Assembly (NCBI GenBank): GCA_964616935.1
Contig: CAZTVJ010000570.1
Span: 1 to 31,227 of the forward strand
Source of the DNA: an uncultured Acidimicrobiales bacterium
GTDB taxonomy: Bacteria > Actinomycetota > Acidimicrobiia > Acidimicrobiales > Ilumatobacteraceae
Direction of reading: 5' to 3'
DNA length: 31,227 nucleotides
Positions 1-7,710 of this stretch are shown here, in pieces (positions within the stretch are counted from its first letter, which is position 1; the number at the start of each line of letters is the position of its first letter). The notes under the pieces were generated by a model. The model was not told the DNA's origin. It saw nothing but the letters and a program-made list of their open reading frames with translations, and made no database searches. The position numbers and the translations under genes are program-made.

Positions 1-1
1 G

Positions 2-1372
2 GTCCTCGATCTCGTCGGCAACACCCCCATCGTGAAGCTGAAGGTGGTGGGCCGAGATCTGCCGTGCACGGTGGCGTTGAAGTTGGAGACCACCAACCCC
101 GGCGGCTCGTCGAAGGACCGGCCAGCCGTGGAGATGATCGACGCCGCCGAGCGCGACGGGCTGCTGATGCCGGGCGGCACCATCGTCGAACCGACGTCGG
201 GCAACACCGGCGTGGGCCTGGCCATCGTCGCTGCGCAACGGGGCTACGGCTGCATGTTCGTGATGACCGACAAGGTGGCGCCGGAGAAGATCGCCTTGCT
301 GAAGGCCTACGGCGCGGAAGTGGTCGTGTGCCCGGTGGCGGTGCCCCCGGACGACCCGTCGAGCTACTACTCCACGGCCGAGCGGCTCGTGCGGGAGATC
401 CCCGGCGCCTTCCGACCCAACCAGTACGCCAACCCGGCCAACCCCCTTGCGCACTACAAGACGACCGGCCCGGAGATCTGGCGCCAGACCGCCGGGCGCA
501 TCACCCACTTCGTGGCCGGTTGCGGGACGGGCGGCACCATCTCCGGTGTCGGTCGCTACCTGAAGGAGCGCAACCCGGCCGTGCGGATCGTCGGGGGGGA
601 CCCGGAGGGCTCCGTCTACTCGGGTGGCAGCGGCCGGCCGTACCTCGTGGAGGGCATCGGCGAGGACTTCTGGCCCGCCACCTACGACCCGTCGGTGATC
701 GACGAGGTCATCCCCATCAGTGACGAGGAGAGCTTCCTCGTCGCCCGCCGCGTCTCGCAGCAAGAGGGCATCCTCATCGGCGGATCCGGCGGGACCGCGG
801 TAGCCGCCGCGCTGCGGGTGGCGCAGGGGGCACAGCCGGACGATCTCGTCGTCGTACTCATCCCCGACTCCGGGCGGGGCTACCTCTCGCGCGTGTTCGA
901 CGACGACTGGATGGCCAACTACGGCTTCCTGCGGGAATGCGATCTCTGCGTGGGCACGGTGCTCACGGCGCGGGGCGGAGAGGTGCCACCGCTCGTCTAC
1001 GTCAACCCGGCCGAGTCGGTGCGCGACGCCATCGCCAAGATGCACCACCATGGCGTGTCCCAGCTGCCGGTGTGCAAGAACGAGCCGCCGTTCTCGGCCG
1101 CCGAGGTGGCCGGTGCCGTCGACGAGCTGGACCTGATGGACGCCACCTTCCGAGACCCGGGCGTGATGGAGATGGCCGTGGAGAAGGTGATGGGGCCGAA
1201 GCTGCCGACGCTCGGCATCGGCCAGCCCATGGCGCTCGCCGTCGAGATGCTCGACCGCTCCGCCGCCGTGCTCGTGCTGTCCGGTGGCCGCCCGCTCAGC
1301 GTGATGACCCGCAGCGACGTCCTCACGTTCCTCTCCCGGGAGGGCATCGCCCCGGAGGGTGGCGATGGCTGA
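2..1372 (+). CDS. cbs: Cystathionine beta-synthase with C-terminal CBS domains (5' truncated by window edge)
   Basis: Open frame from position 2 (VLDLVGNTPIVKL). PLP Lys motif NPGGSSKDR, TSGNTG, GCGTGGT, and a C-terminal CBS-domain pair (VSQLPV...VMTRSD). Paired with the downstream gamma-lyase gene. Confidence 0.93.
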   Translation, partial: VLDLVGNTPIVKLKVVGRDLPCTVALKLETTNPGGSSKDRPAVEMIDAAERDGLLMPGGTIVEPTSGNTGVGLAIVAAQRGYGCMFVMTDKVAPEKIALLKAYGAEVVVCPVAVPPDDPSSYYSTAERLVREIPGAFRPNQYANPANPLAHYKTTGPEIWRQTAGRITHFVAGCGTGGTISGVGRYLKERNPAVRIVGGDPEGSVYSGGSGRPYLVEGIGEDFWPATYDPSVIDEVIPISDEESFLVARRVSQQEGILIGGSGGTAVAAALRVAQGAQPDDLVVVLIPDSGRGYLSRVFDDDWMANYGFLRECDLCVGTVLTARGGEVPPLVYVNPAESVRDAIAKMHHHGVSQLPVCKNEPPFSAAEVAGAVDELDLMDATFRDPGVMEMAVEKVMGPKLPTLGIGQPMALAVEMLDRSAAVLVLSGGRPLSVMTRSDVLTFLSREGIAPEGGDG

Positions 1373-2546
1373 CGAGGAGGCCCAGGAGGCGACCGGCCCG
1401 GGATTTGCCACCCGCGCCATCCATGCCGGGCAGGACCCCGACCCCACCACCGGGGCCGTCGTGGTACCGATCACGCTGGCCACCACGTTCGCCCAAACCG
1501 CGGTCGGTGAGCACCAGGGCTTCGAGTACTCCCGCAGCGGCAACCCGACGCGCGCCGCGCTGGAGGCGGTCGGCGCGTCGCTCGAGAACGCGACGCACGG
1601 CCTGGCCTTCGCGTCCGGGCTGGCGGCAGAGGACGCCATCCTGCGACTGCTCGCGCCGGGCGATCGAGTGCTGCTCGGCAACGATGCCTACGGCGGGACC
1701 TTCCGCCTCCTCGCCAGGGTCCACGCGCCGGCCGGCCTCACGTGGACCGCGGCCGACCTCACCGCCGTCGATGCGCTGGACCACGCCTGGACCGACGACA
1801 CCCGCATGGTCTGGTTGGAGACACCGACGAACCCGCTGCTCACCTGCGTCGACATCGAGGCCGTGGCCGACATCGCCCACGACCGCGGCGCCCTGTGCGT
1901 CGTCGACAACACGTTCGCCACGCCCTACCTGCAGAACCCGCTCGACTGGGGCGCCGACATCGTGGTGCACTCTGCCACCAAGTACCTCGGCGGTCACTCC
2001 GACGTGGTCGGCGGCTTCGCCGCGCTTCGGGACGACGAGCTGGCCGAGCAGTTGCGCTTCACCCAGAACGCGGCCGGCGCCGTGCCGGCACCGTTCGACT
2101 GCTACCTCGTGCTGCGCGGCCTCAAGACCTTGGCGGTGCGCATGGAGCGCCACTGCGAGAACGCCCGCGCCGTCGTAGACCTGCTCGGTGAGCACCCGGC
2201 CGTGGAGCGGGTCCTGTACCCCATGCTCCCCGACCACCCCGGGCACCAGGCGGCCACGAAGCAGATGCGCGACTTCGGCGGCATGGTGAGCTTCACCTGC
2301 GCGGGCGGCGAGCCAGCGGCACTGTCGGTCGTGGCCGCGACGCGGCTGTTCACGTTGGCCGAGTCGTTGGGGGCGGTCGAGAGCCTCATCGAGCACCCGG
2401 GCCGCATGACGCACGCGTCCGCGGCCGGTTCGCCGCTGGAGGTGCCAGCGTCGTTGGTGCGCCTCAGCGTGGGCCTGGAGGACGCGGCCGACCTGGTGGC
2501 CGATCTGAGAGACGCGCTCGACGGCGTGATCAGGACGCGCTCTTGA
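1365..2546 (+). CDS. metB: Cystathionine gamma-synthase/gamma-lyase (Cys/Met metabolism PLP enzyme)
   Basis: GFATRAIHAGQ, YSRSGNPTR, VVDNTFATP, HSATKYLGGHSD (PLP Lys), AESLGAVESLIEHP, LVRLSVGLE. ATG 1365 overlaps the cbs stop (ATGGCTGA), with GGAG upstream. Confidence 0.92.
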   Translation: MADEEAQEATGPGFATRAIHAGQDPDPTTGAVVVPITLATTFAQTAVGEHQGFEYSRSGNPTRAALEAVGASLENATHGLAFASGLAAEDAILRLLAPGDRVLLGNDAYGGTFRLLARVHAPAGLTWTAADLTAVDALDHAWTDDTRMVWLETPTNPLLTCVDIEAVADIAHDRGALCVVDNTFATPYLQNPLDWGADIVVHSATKYLGGHSDVVGGFAALRDDELAEQLRFTQNAAGAVPAPFDCYLVLRGLKTLAVRMERHCENARAVVDLLGEHPAVERVLYPMLPDHPGHQAATKQMRDFGGMVSFTCAGGEPAALSVVAATRLFTLAESLGAVESLIEHPGRMTHASAAGSPLEVPASLVRLSVGLEDAADLVADLRDALDGVIRTRS

Positions 2547-3972
2547 CGGCACGCTTGGCGGCGCGCAGCAGCTCGTCGAAGCTCTCCTGAAGGCAGGAGG
2601 CGTACACCTCGGGCTCGGGGATCATCTCGCGAGCCGAGGTGAAGCTGATGGTGAGGCGCCCGTCGTAGCTGAGCACCGGGTGGATCAGTCCCATGCCGTC
2701 GAAGATCGGCCCGAGGCCGTAGTACGCCACCATCTTGGCGCCGCAGCAGTAGAGCGGCACCTGGGGCCCAGGGATGTTGGTGACCACGGTGTTGAAGATC
2801 GGGTTGTGGCGGTTGGCCAGCCCGTTGCGCGTGTACAGCCGCGCCGCCAGGCCGGCCACGGCGGCCGGGATGAACTCGCTGTAGTCGGTGAGGGTCTTGG
2901 CCCCGACCGCCTTGGCCAGCTCCTTCGAGCTCACCGTGCTGGCGTACACGGTGCGCAAGCGATCGAGCGGCTTGGCCACGTTCGTCGCCAAGCTCACGAG
3001 CATCATCGACACCTGGTTGCCCTGCGTGCCGAGCAGATCCGTCGAGCGGGTGGAGATCGGAGCCATGGCGATCACGGCCGCCTCGGGCAGCTCGTCCTGC
3101 GCGCTCAGGTAGCGGCGCAGCGCGCCACCGACGATGGTGAGGACGGCGTCGTTCACCGTCGCCCCCGGCACCGCCTGGCGGATCGTCTTGAACGCGCTGA
3201 ACGGGAGGCTGACGCCGTCGAAGACACGGTGCGGATCGACCGGTCCGTTGAAGCGGGTCCGCGGCATCCCGCCGGGGACGGGCGGAGCGCCCATCTGGTT
3301 CTGGCGGACGCCCTGAACGGCTCGCCCGACCCCGGGCACGGTGCGCCCGACCACCCTGGCGAAGTGCATCGGCCGGACCAGGTTGTTGCGCGTGGCGTTC
3401 GCCACGAGCCGCATCGGGTCAGGATCGGCTTCGCCCGTGAACGGCGTCGTGGCCGCGGGCGGTGGGTCGCCGGAGGCATCGAGGTGGTTGAGCAGCGCGG
3501 TCAGCTCCACCCCGGACACCCCGTCGATGGCGGCGTGGTGCACCTTGGTGACCAGGCCGATGCTGCCGCGAGGTACGCCAGGGATGGCGTCGAGCCCGCG
3601 CACCACGTACATCTCCCACAGCGGCCGGGTGAGATCGAGTCCTCGGCCCATCAGCCGGGCCACCTGGGTCGTCAGCTGGTGCCAGTCGCCCGGCTTGGGC
3701 AGACCCAGCTCGCGGATGTGGAACTCGAGGTCGAAGTTCGCATCCTCGACCCAGTAGGGATGGTCGAGGTTGAACGGGACGGTCACGAGCTTCTGGCGCA
3801 GCGTGCGCGACATCGCCAGGTGGCGCTCGACCCACAGCAGCAGCTGGTCGAAGGTGACCTCGCCCCCGGGCGCCGTGGACGGGTCGTAGATCTGCAGGCC
3901 GCCGACGTGCATGGGCGTCGCCGGTGTCTCCAGGTACAGGAACGACGCGTCCAGACCGCTGAGCTGCTCCAT
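2530..3972 (-). CDS. Wax ester/triacylglycerol synthase (WS/DGAT) O-acyltransferase
   Basis: MEQLSGLDASFLYLET start, PMHVG, LDLTRPLWE, catalytic HHAAIDG (HHxxxDG), NTVVTNIPGP. AGGAGG SD upstream of ATG 3972. The 3' end overlaps metB convergently by 17 bp. Confidence 0.92.
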   Translation of the reverse strand: MEQLSGLDASFLYLETPATPMHVGGLQIYDPSTAPGGEVTFDQLLLWVERHLAMSRTLRQKLVTVPFNLDHPYWVEDANFDLEFHIRELGLPKPGDWHQLTTQVARLMGRGLDLTRPLWEMYVVRGLDAIPGVPRGSIGLVTKVHHAAIDGVSGVELTALLNHLDASGDPPPAATTPFTGEADPDPMRLVANATRNNLVRPMHFARVVGRTVPGVGRAVQGVRQNQMGAPPVPGGMPRTRFNGPVDPHRVFDGVSLPFSAFKTIRQAVPGATVNDAVLTIVGGALRRYLSAQDELPEAAVIAMAPISTRSTDLLGTQGNQVSMMLVSLATNVAKPLDRLRTVYASTVSSKELAKAVGAKTLTDYSEFIPAAVAGLAARLYTRNGLANRHNPIFNTVVTNIPGPQVPLYCCGAKMVAYYGLGPIFDGMGLIHPVLSYDGRLTISFTSAREMIPEPEVYASCLQESFDELLRAAKRAVKSAS

Positions 3973-4012
3973 GACCGACCCTCCTGTCTCGGCGCGCATC
4001 GTAGATGGGCCA

Positions 4013-4687
4013 TCAGAACAGCGTGGGCTGCTCCGGGCGGTAGACGCGCATGCCGGGCCAGGGGACGTAGTGATCCATGAACACCCACGTGCGGCGGTGG
4101 ATGGCGCTGGGGCCGTAGCCCTGCAGCGCTGCCTTGTGGACCGGGCAGGGGTAGCCCTTGTTGGTATCGAACGACCACTGCGGGTAGCTCTCGGCTTCGG
4201 CCCGCATGATGCGGTCGCGCGTGACCTTGGCCAGGATCGACGCCGCCGCCACCGACAGGCAGAGCGCGTCCGCCTTCACCAGGCGGTGGATGTGGGGAAC
4301 CGCGTCGCCGACGAAGTCCCACGACCCGTCCACCACCGCGGCGTCGACGGCCAGCCCTAGCCCTTCGATGGCGCGGCGTGCAGCCAGGCGCTGAGCCGCG
4401 GCCATGCCGAGCTCGTCGCACTCGACCTGGCTGGCGCCGCCGACCGCCCACGCCGAGCACCACGAGGCCACCCGATCGAAGAGCTGCTCGCGCTGGGCCT
4501 CGGTCAGCATCTTGGAGTCCCGGACCTTGTTCACTCTCCGGTCGCGGGGCAAGACAGCGGCCCCGACCATGAGCGGGCCCGCCCACGCCCCCCGGCCGAC
4601 CTCGTCGATGCCCACCACCACCTCGTGGCCGGCCTCCCACAGGCCCCGCTCGGTGCTGCGGCTGGGAGGTCTGGTCCGGATGGCCAC
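4013..4687 (-). CDS. rnhB: Ribonuclease HII
   Basis: GIDEVGRGAWAGP, VRDSK, VDG, SVAAASILAKVTRD, NKGY, HRRTW. GTG 4687 chosen because TAGGTT lies 8 nt upstream (leaderless pattern); the ORF-track extension to 4888 overlaps selD. Confidence 0.92.
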   Translation of the reverse strand: MAIRTRPPSRSTERGLWEAGHEVVVGIDEVGRGAWAGPLMVGAAVLPRDRRVNKVRDSKMLTEAQREQLFDRVASWCSAWAVGGASQVECDELGMAAAQRLAARRAIEGLGLAVDAAVVDGSWDFVGDAVPHIHRLVKADALCLSVAAASILAKVTRDRIMRAEAESYPQWSFDTNKGYPCPVHKAALQGYGPSAIHRRTWVFMDHYVPWPGMRVYRPEQPTLF

Positions 4688-4723
4688 GCCTGGCGAACCT
4701 AGCCCCGCCACCCGCCTCTCGGT

Positions 4724-4741
4724 ACAGATCTCGCGATCTGT
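4724..4741. promoter_or_regulatory. Palindrome ACAGATC-N4-GATCTGT between selD stop and the putative rnhB promoter
   Basis: Perfect 7-bp inverted repeat, AT-rich for this sequence. Could be an operator or a weak hairpin; function not determined. Confidence 0.3.
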
Positions 4742-4755
4742 CGTCGCGCTACGCC

Positions 4756-5823
4756 TCAGCGCAGCTCGACCGCGGCGGCACCGGCTTCGACCGAGCCGAC
4801 GACGTGGAACCCCGCTGCCACCAGCGGCTCGACGGTCGACGGATCGACCGAGGCGAGCAGGCCCCCGGAGGTCTGCGGATCGAAGCACAGCGTCTCAAGC
4901 GCGCCGGGAGCGGTGCTGCGCACGTGACCGTGCAGGTACTCGCGATTGCGGGCATCGCCGCCGGTGCGAGTGCCTGCCTCGGCGGCGTCGAGCGCGCCGG
5001 CGTAGAGCGGCAGCGCGGCGGTCTCGATGACGATGACCGCGTCCGAGCGCTCGGCCATCTCCCAGCCGTGGCCGCACACACCGAAGCCCGTGACGTCGGT
5101 GACGGCATGGACTCCTTCACCGGCCGCGATCAGTGCCTCCGCGGCGGCACGGTTGAGCGTGCGCATCCAGGCGATGGCGGCCTGCTTCTGCTCGTCGGTG
5201 CCGGCCGCCAGGACGATCCCCGTTCCGACGGGCTTGGACAGCACCAGGGCGTCGCCGGGACGGGCTCCGGCCTTGGTGAAGATGCGGTCCGGGTGGACCA
5301 GCCCCTGCACGGCCAGGCCGAAGATCGGCTCCTCGCTGCGGATCGTGTGACCGCCGACCACCATGCCCCCGGCCTCGCGCACGACCTCGGCCGCCGCCGA
5401 CAGGATGCGACCGATGGCGGCGACGGGCAGCCGCTCGGGGAAGGCGGAGATGTTCAGCGCCATGACGACGCGGCCCCCCATGGCGAACACGTCGCTGCAG
5501 GCGTTGGCCGCGGCGATGGCGCCGAAGTCGCCGGGGTCGTCGACGAGCGGCGGGAAGAAGTCGGTGGTGGACACGATGGCAAGGTCGTCGCTGACCCGGT
5601 ACACGGCGGCATCGTCGAACGGGGCCAAGCCCACGAGCAGCGCGGGATCGGCGTCGGCCACCAGGTCGCGCACCAGCTGCGCGAGCGGCGCGGCTCCCCA
5701 CTTGGCGGCGCATCCACCGCACGCTGTCCACTCGGTGAGCCGCAGGTCGGCCAGCTCGTCGGCGCCGGGCTCGGCCCCACCGGCCACCTCGGCCCCGACG
5801 GCGGGATTGGCCACCTCGGTCAT
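4756..5823 (-). CDS. selD: Selenide, water dikinase (selenophosphate synthetase), Cys-type
   Basis: LTEWTACGGCAAK (both Cys are TGC), DDAAVY, TTDFFPP, AANACSDVFAMGG, GGHTI, TDVTGFG, DPQTSGGLL. ATG 5823 preceded by TAGGCT + 7 nt. Confidence 0.93.
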   Translation of the reverse strand: MTEVANPAVGAEVAGGAEPGADELADLRLTEWTACGGCAAKWGAAPLAQLVRDLVADADPALLVGLAPFDDAAVYRVSDDLAIVSTTDFFPPLVDDPGDFGAIAAANACSDVFAMGGRVVMALNISAFPERLPVAAIGRILSAAAEVVREAGGMVVGGHTIRSEEPIFGLAVQGLVHPDRIFTKAGARPGDALVLSKPVGTGIVLAAGTDEQKQAAIAWMRTLNRAAAEALIAAGEGVHAVTDVTGFGVCGHGWEMAERSDAVIVIETAALPLYAGALDAAEAGTRTGGDARNREYLHGHVRSTAPGALETLCFDPQTSGGLLASVDPSTVEPLVAAGFHVVGSVEAGAAAVELR

Positions 5824-5830
5824 GGAGAGA

Positions 5831-5836
5831 AGCCTA
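5831..5836 (-). promoter_or_regulatory. Putative -10 box (TAGGCT) of leaderless selD
   Basis: TANNNT located 7 nt upstream of the ATG; no SD. Confidence 0.55.
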
Positions 5837-5941
5837 CGGGGCCGCGCCGCAGTCACCGCCCGCGACGAACTCCGGCCCCACGACGCGGCTTTCCGCATCG
5901 ACAGGCCGGACTTCGACCGAAGGACCGCGGCGCGGCCCGTA
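5835..5941. repeat. 107-bp nested imperfect foldback (inverted repeat) between divergent selD and deaminase genes
   Basis: Outer arms 5835-5854 / 5923-5941 (1 bulge, 1 mismatch), middle arms 5866-5877 / 5904-5915 (1 mismatch), inner arms 5881-5888 / 5893-5900 (1 mismatch, loop CTTT). TA at both ends. Confidence 0.8.
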
Positions 5942-5945
5942 AGGT
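5940..5945 (+). promoter_or_regulatory. Putative -10 box (TAAGGT) of leaderless amidohydrolase gene
   Basis: TANNNT located 6 nt upstream of ATG 5952; no SD. Confidence 0.55.
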
Positions 5946-5951
5946 CGGCCG

Positions 5952-7316
5952 ATGGCGGACCTCGTGGTGACCGGTGCCCAGCTCGTCGCGACGATGGACG
6001 ACGGCCGCCGTGAGCTGCCGGGTGGCTGGGTGGCGATCACCGGAGGTCTGGTGGACGCTGTCGGCGCCTCGACCGATCCGCTCCCGACCGCTGATCGGGT
6101 GCTCGACGCCCGTGGCTGCCTCGTCACGCCCGGCCTGATCAACACCCACCACCACATCTACCAGAACCTCACGCGCGCCCACGGTCCAGCCACGAAGGCG
6201 ACGTTGTTCCAGTGGCTCACCACCCTGTACCCGCTGTGGAGCCGGCTGGACGAGGAGGCGGCCTACGTGTCGGCGTGGGTGGGTCTGGCCGAGCTGGCTC
6301 TGGGCGGCTGCACCACCACCACCGATCACCTCTACGTGCACCCACGCGGTGGGGGCGACCTGATCACCGCCGAGATCACGGCGGCGCGGGAGCTGGGCAT
6401 GCGCTTCCACCCGACCCGCGGATCGATGAGCTTGTCGCAGAAGGATGGCGGCCTGCCGCCGGACTCAGTGGTCCAGGACGACGACGAGATCCTGGCCGAC
6501 TCGGAGCGCCTCGTCGCGCGCCACCATGACCCCTCCCACGGGGCCATGGTGCGCGTCGCGCTGGCCCCGTGCTCACCGTTCTCCGTCACCCCGGAGCTGA
6601 TGGTGCGCACCGCCGAGCTGGCCGAGCGGCTCGACGTGCGCCTCCACACCCACCTGGCCGAGGACCCCGACGAGGACACGTTCGCCGGGCAGACCTTCGG
6701 GCGGCGCACCGTCGAGCAGTTCGAGGAGGTCGGCTGGTGCACCGACCGCACGTGGGTAGCGCACTGCATCTACCCGAACGACGCCGAGATCGGCCGCCTC
6801 GGGGCGGCGGGCGTCGGCGTGGCCCACTGCCCCAGCTCGAACATGATGATCGGTGGCGGCGGCATCGCACCCGTCCCCGAGCTGCGGGCGGCGGGAGTGC
6901 CCGTGGGCCTCGGCTGCGACGGCTCGGCCTCCACGGACTCGGCCTCGCTCTGGATGGAGGCCCGCAACGCCATGCTCCTCGGCCGGCTTCGCCGCGGACC
7001 CGAATCGACCGGCGCCCGTGACGCCCTCGAGATCGCGACACGGGGAGGCGCGGGCTGCCTCGGCCGCACGGGTGAGCTCGGGCAGCTGTCTGTGGGTGCC
7101 GTGGGCGATCTCGTGTGCTGGCCGCTGGAGGGCGTCGCCTTCGCCGGTGCTCTCACCGACCCCGTCGAGGCCTGGCTGCGCTGCGGGCCCGTCGCCGCCC
7201 GCCACACCGTCGTGGCCGGGCAGCCGGTCGTGCGTGATGGACACCTCGTCGGTGACCGGGTCGAGGAGATGCTGCGCTCCCACCGTCGCATCAGCCACCG
7301 CATCCAGGCGGGCTGA
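5952..7316 (+). CDS. Amidohydrolase, 8-oxoguanine deaminase / AtzB-like family
   Basis: PGLINTHHHIYQNLTRA (HxH), TTTTDHLY, PCSPFSV, HTHLAE, AHC, CPSSNM, LGCDGSAS, ATRGGA. Exact substrate not determined. Confidence 0.88.
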   Translation: MADLVVTGAQLVATMDDGRRELPGGWVAITGGLVDAVGASTDPLPTADRVLDARGCLVTPGLINTHHHIYQNLTRAHGPATKATLFQWLTTLYPLWSRLDEEAAYVSAWVGLAELALGGCTTTTDHLYVHPRGGGDLITAEITAARELGMRFHPTRGSMSLSQKDGGLPPDSVVQDDDEILADSERLVARHHDPSHGAMVRVALAPCSPFSVTPELMVRTAELAERLDVRLHTHLAEDPDEDTFAGQTFGRRTVEQFEEVGWCTDRTWVAHCIYPNDAEIGRLGAAGVGVAHCPSSNMMIGGGGIAPVPELRAAGVPVGLGCDGSASTDSASLWMEARNAMLLGRLRRGPESTGARDALEIATRGGAGCLGRTGELGQLSVGAVGDLVCWPLEGVAFAGALTDPVEAWLRCGPVAARHTVVAGQPVVRDGHLVGDRVEEMLRSHRRISHRIQAG

Positions 7317-7386
7317 CGCTCGGTCCGGACCGATCGGGTGTCTCTCGACGACCAGCGATGGCTCTGCGAGCTGGCCGGCGACGTCG

Positions 7387-7416
7387 GTCCGGCCGCGGCG
7401 CTGACCGCGGCCGGAC
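7387..7416. terminator. GC-rich hairpin between convergent genes (probable bidirectional terminator)
   Basis: Perfect 12-bp stem GTCCGGCCGCGG / CCGCGGCCGGAC with 6-nt loop; no U-tract. Confidence 0.65.
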
Positions 7417-7427
7417 GGTGACGGTGG

Positions 7428-7634
7428 CTACTTCGAGAGCACCGCGATGGCCTGGGCCCAGAGCACGAACTTGTTGGTGGCCAGATCGCCCACCGTCTTG
7501 ATGCCGAGCGCCGCGTCGAGCTTCTCGCCATCAGCATCGGACAGCCCCTGCAGGGCGGCGACGGGGGCCTTCACGAGATCAGCGAACTCCATGCCCTCGT
7601 AGGCCTTGTCCACGAACTTGGCGATGTCAGCCAC
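7428..7634 (-). CDS. Small 68-aa protein with a helix-hairpin-helix-like segment
   Basis: GGAGG SD before GTG; GC3-rich codons. LQGLSDADGEKLDAALGIKTVGDLA resembles HhH motifs. Confidence 0.75.
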   Translation of the reverse strand: MADIAKFVDKAYEGMEFADLVKAPVAALQGLSDADGEKLDAALGIKTVGDLATNKFVLWAQAIAVLSK

Positions 7635-7710
7635 GCGATTCCTCCAGTGAGCGAAGTGTCGGGGCAGCGTTCTAGCCGATCCTGCTGCGCCGCGACGGCT
7701 CTCGCATCCG

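Noticed and set aside
5701-5730. Selenocysteine (TGA) in the SelD active site
   Set aside because: Both Cys codons in CGGCAAK are TGC and the frame has no in-frame TGA.
5860-5925. tRNA-Sec next to selD (GGACTTCGACC resembles its anticodon arm)
   Set aside because: No UCA anticodon, T-loop or cloverleaf; the region folds as one long hairpin instead.
7657-7678. PafBC-type promoter motif TGTCGG-N10-TA-N3-T
   Set aside because: The last position is G rather than T, and the orientation points antisense into the 7711-8889 gene.
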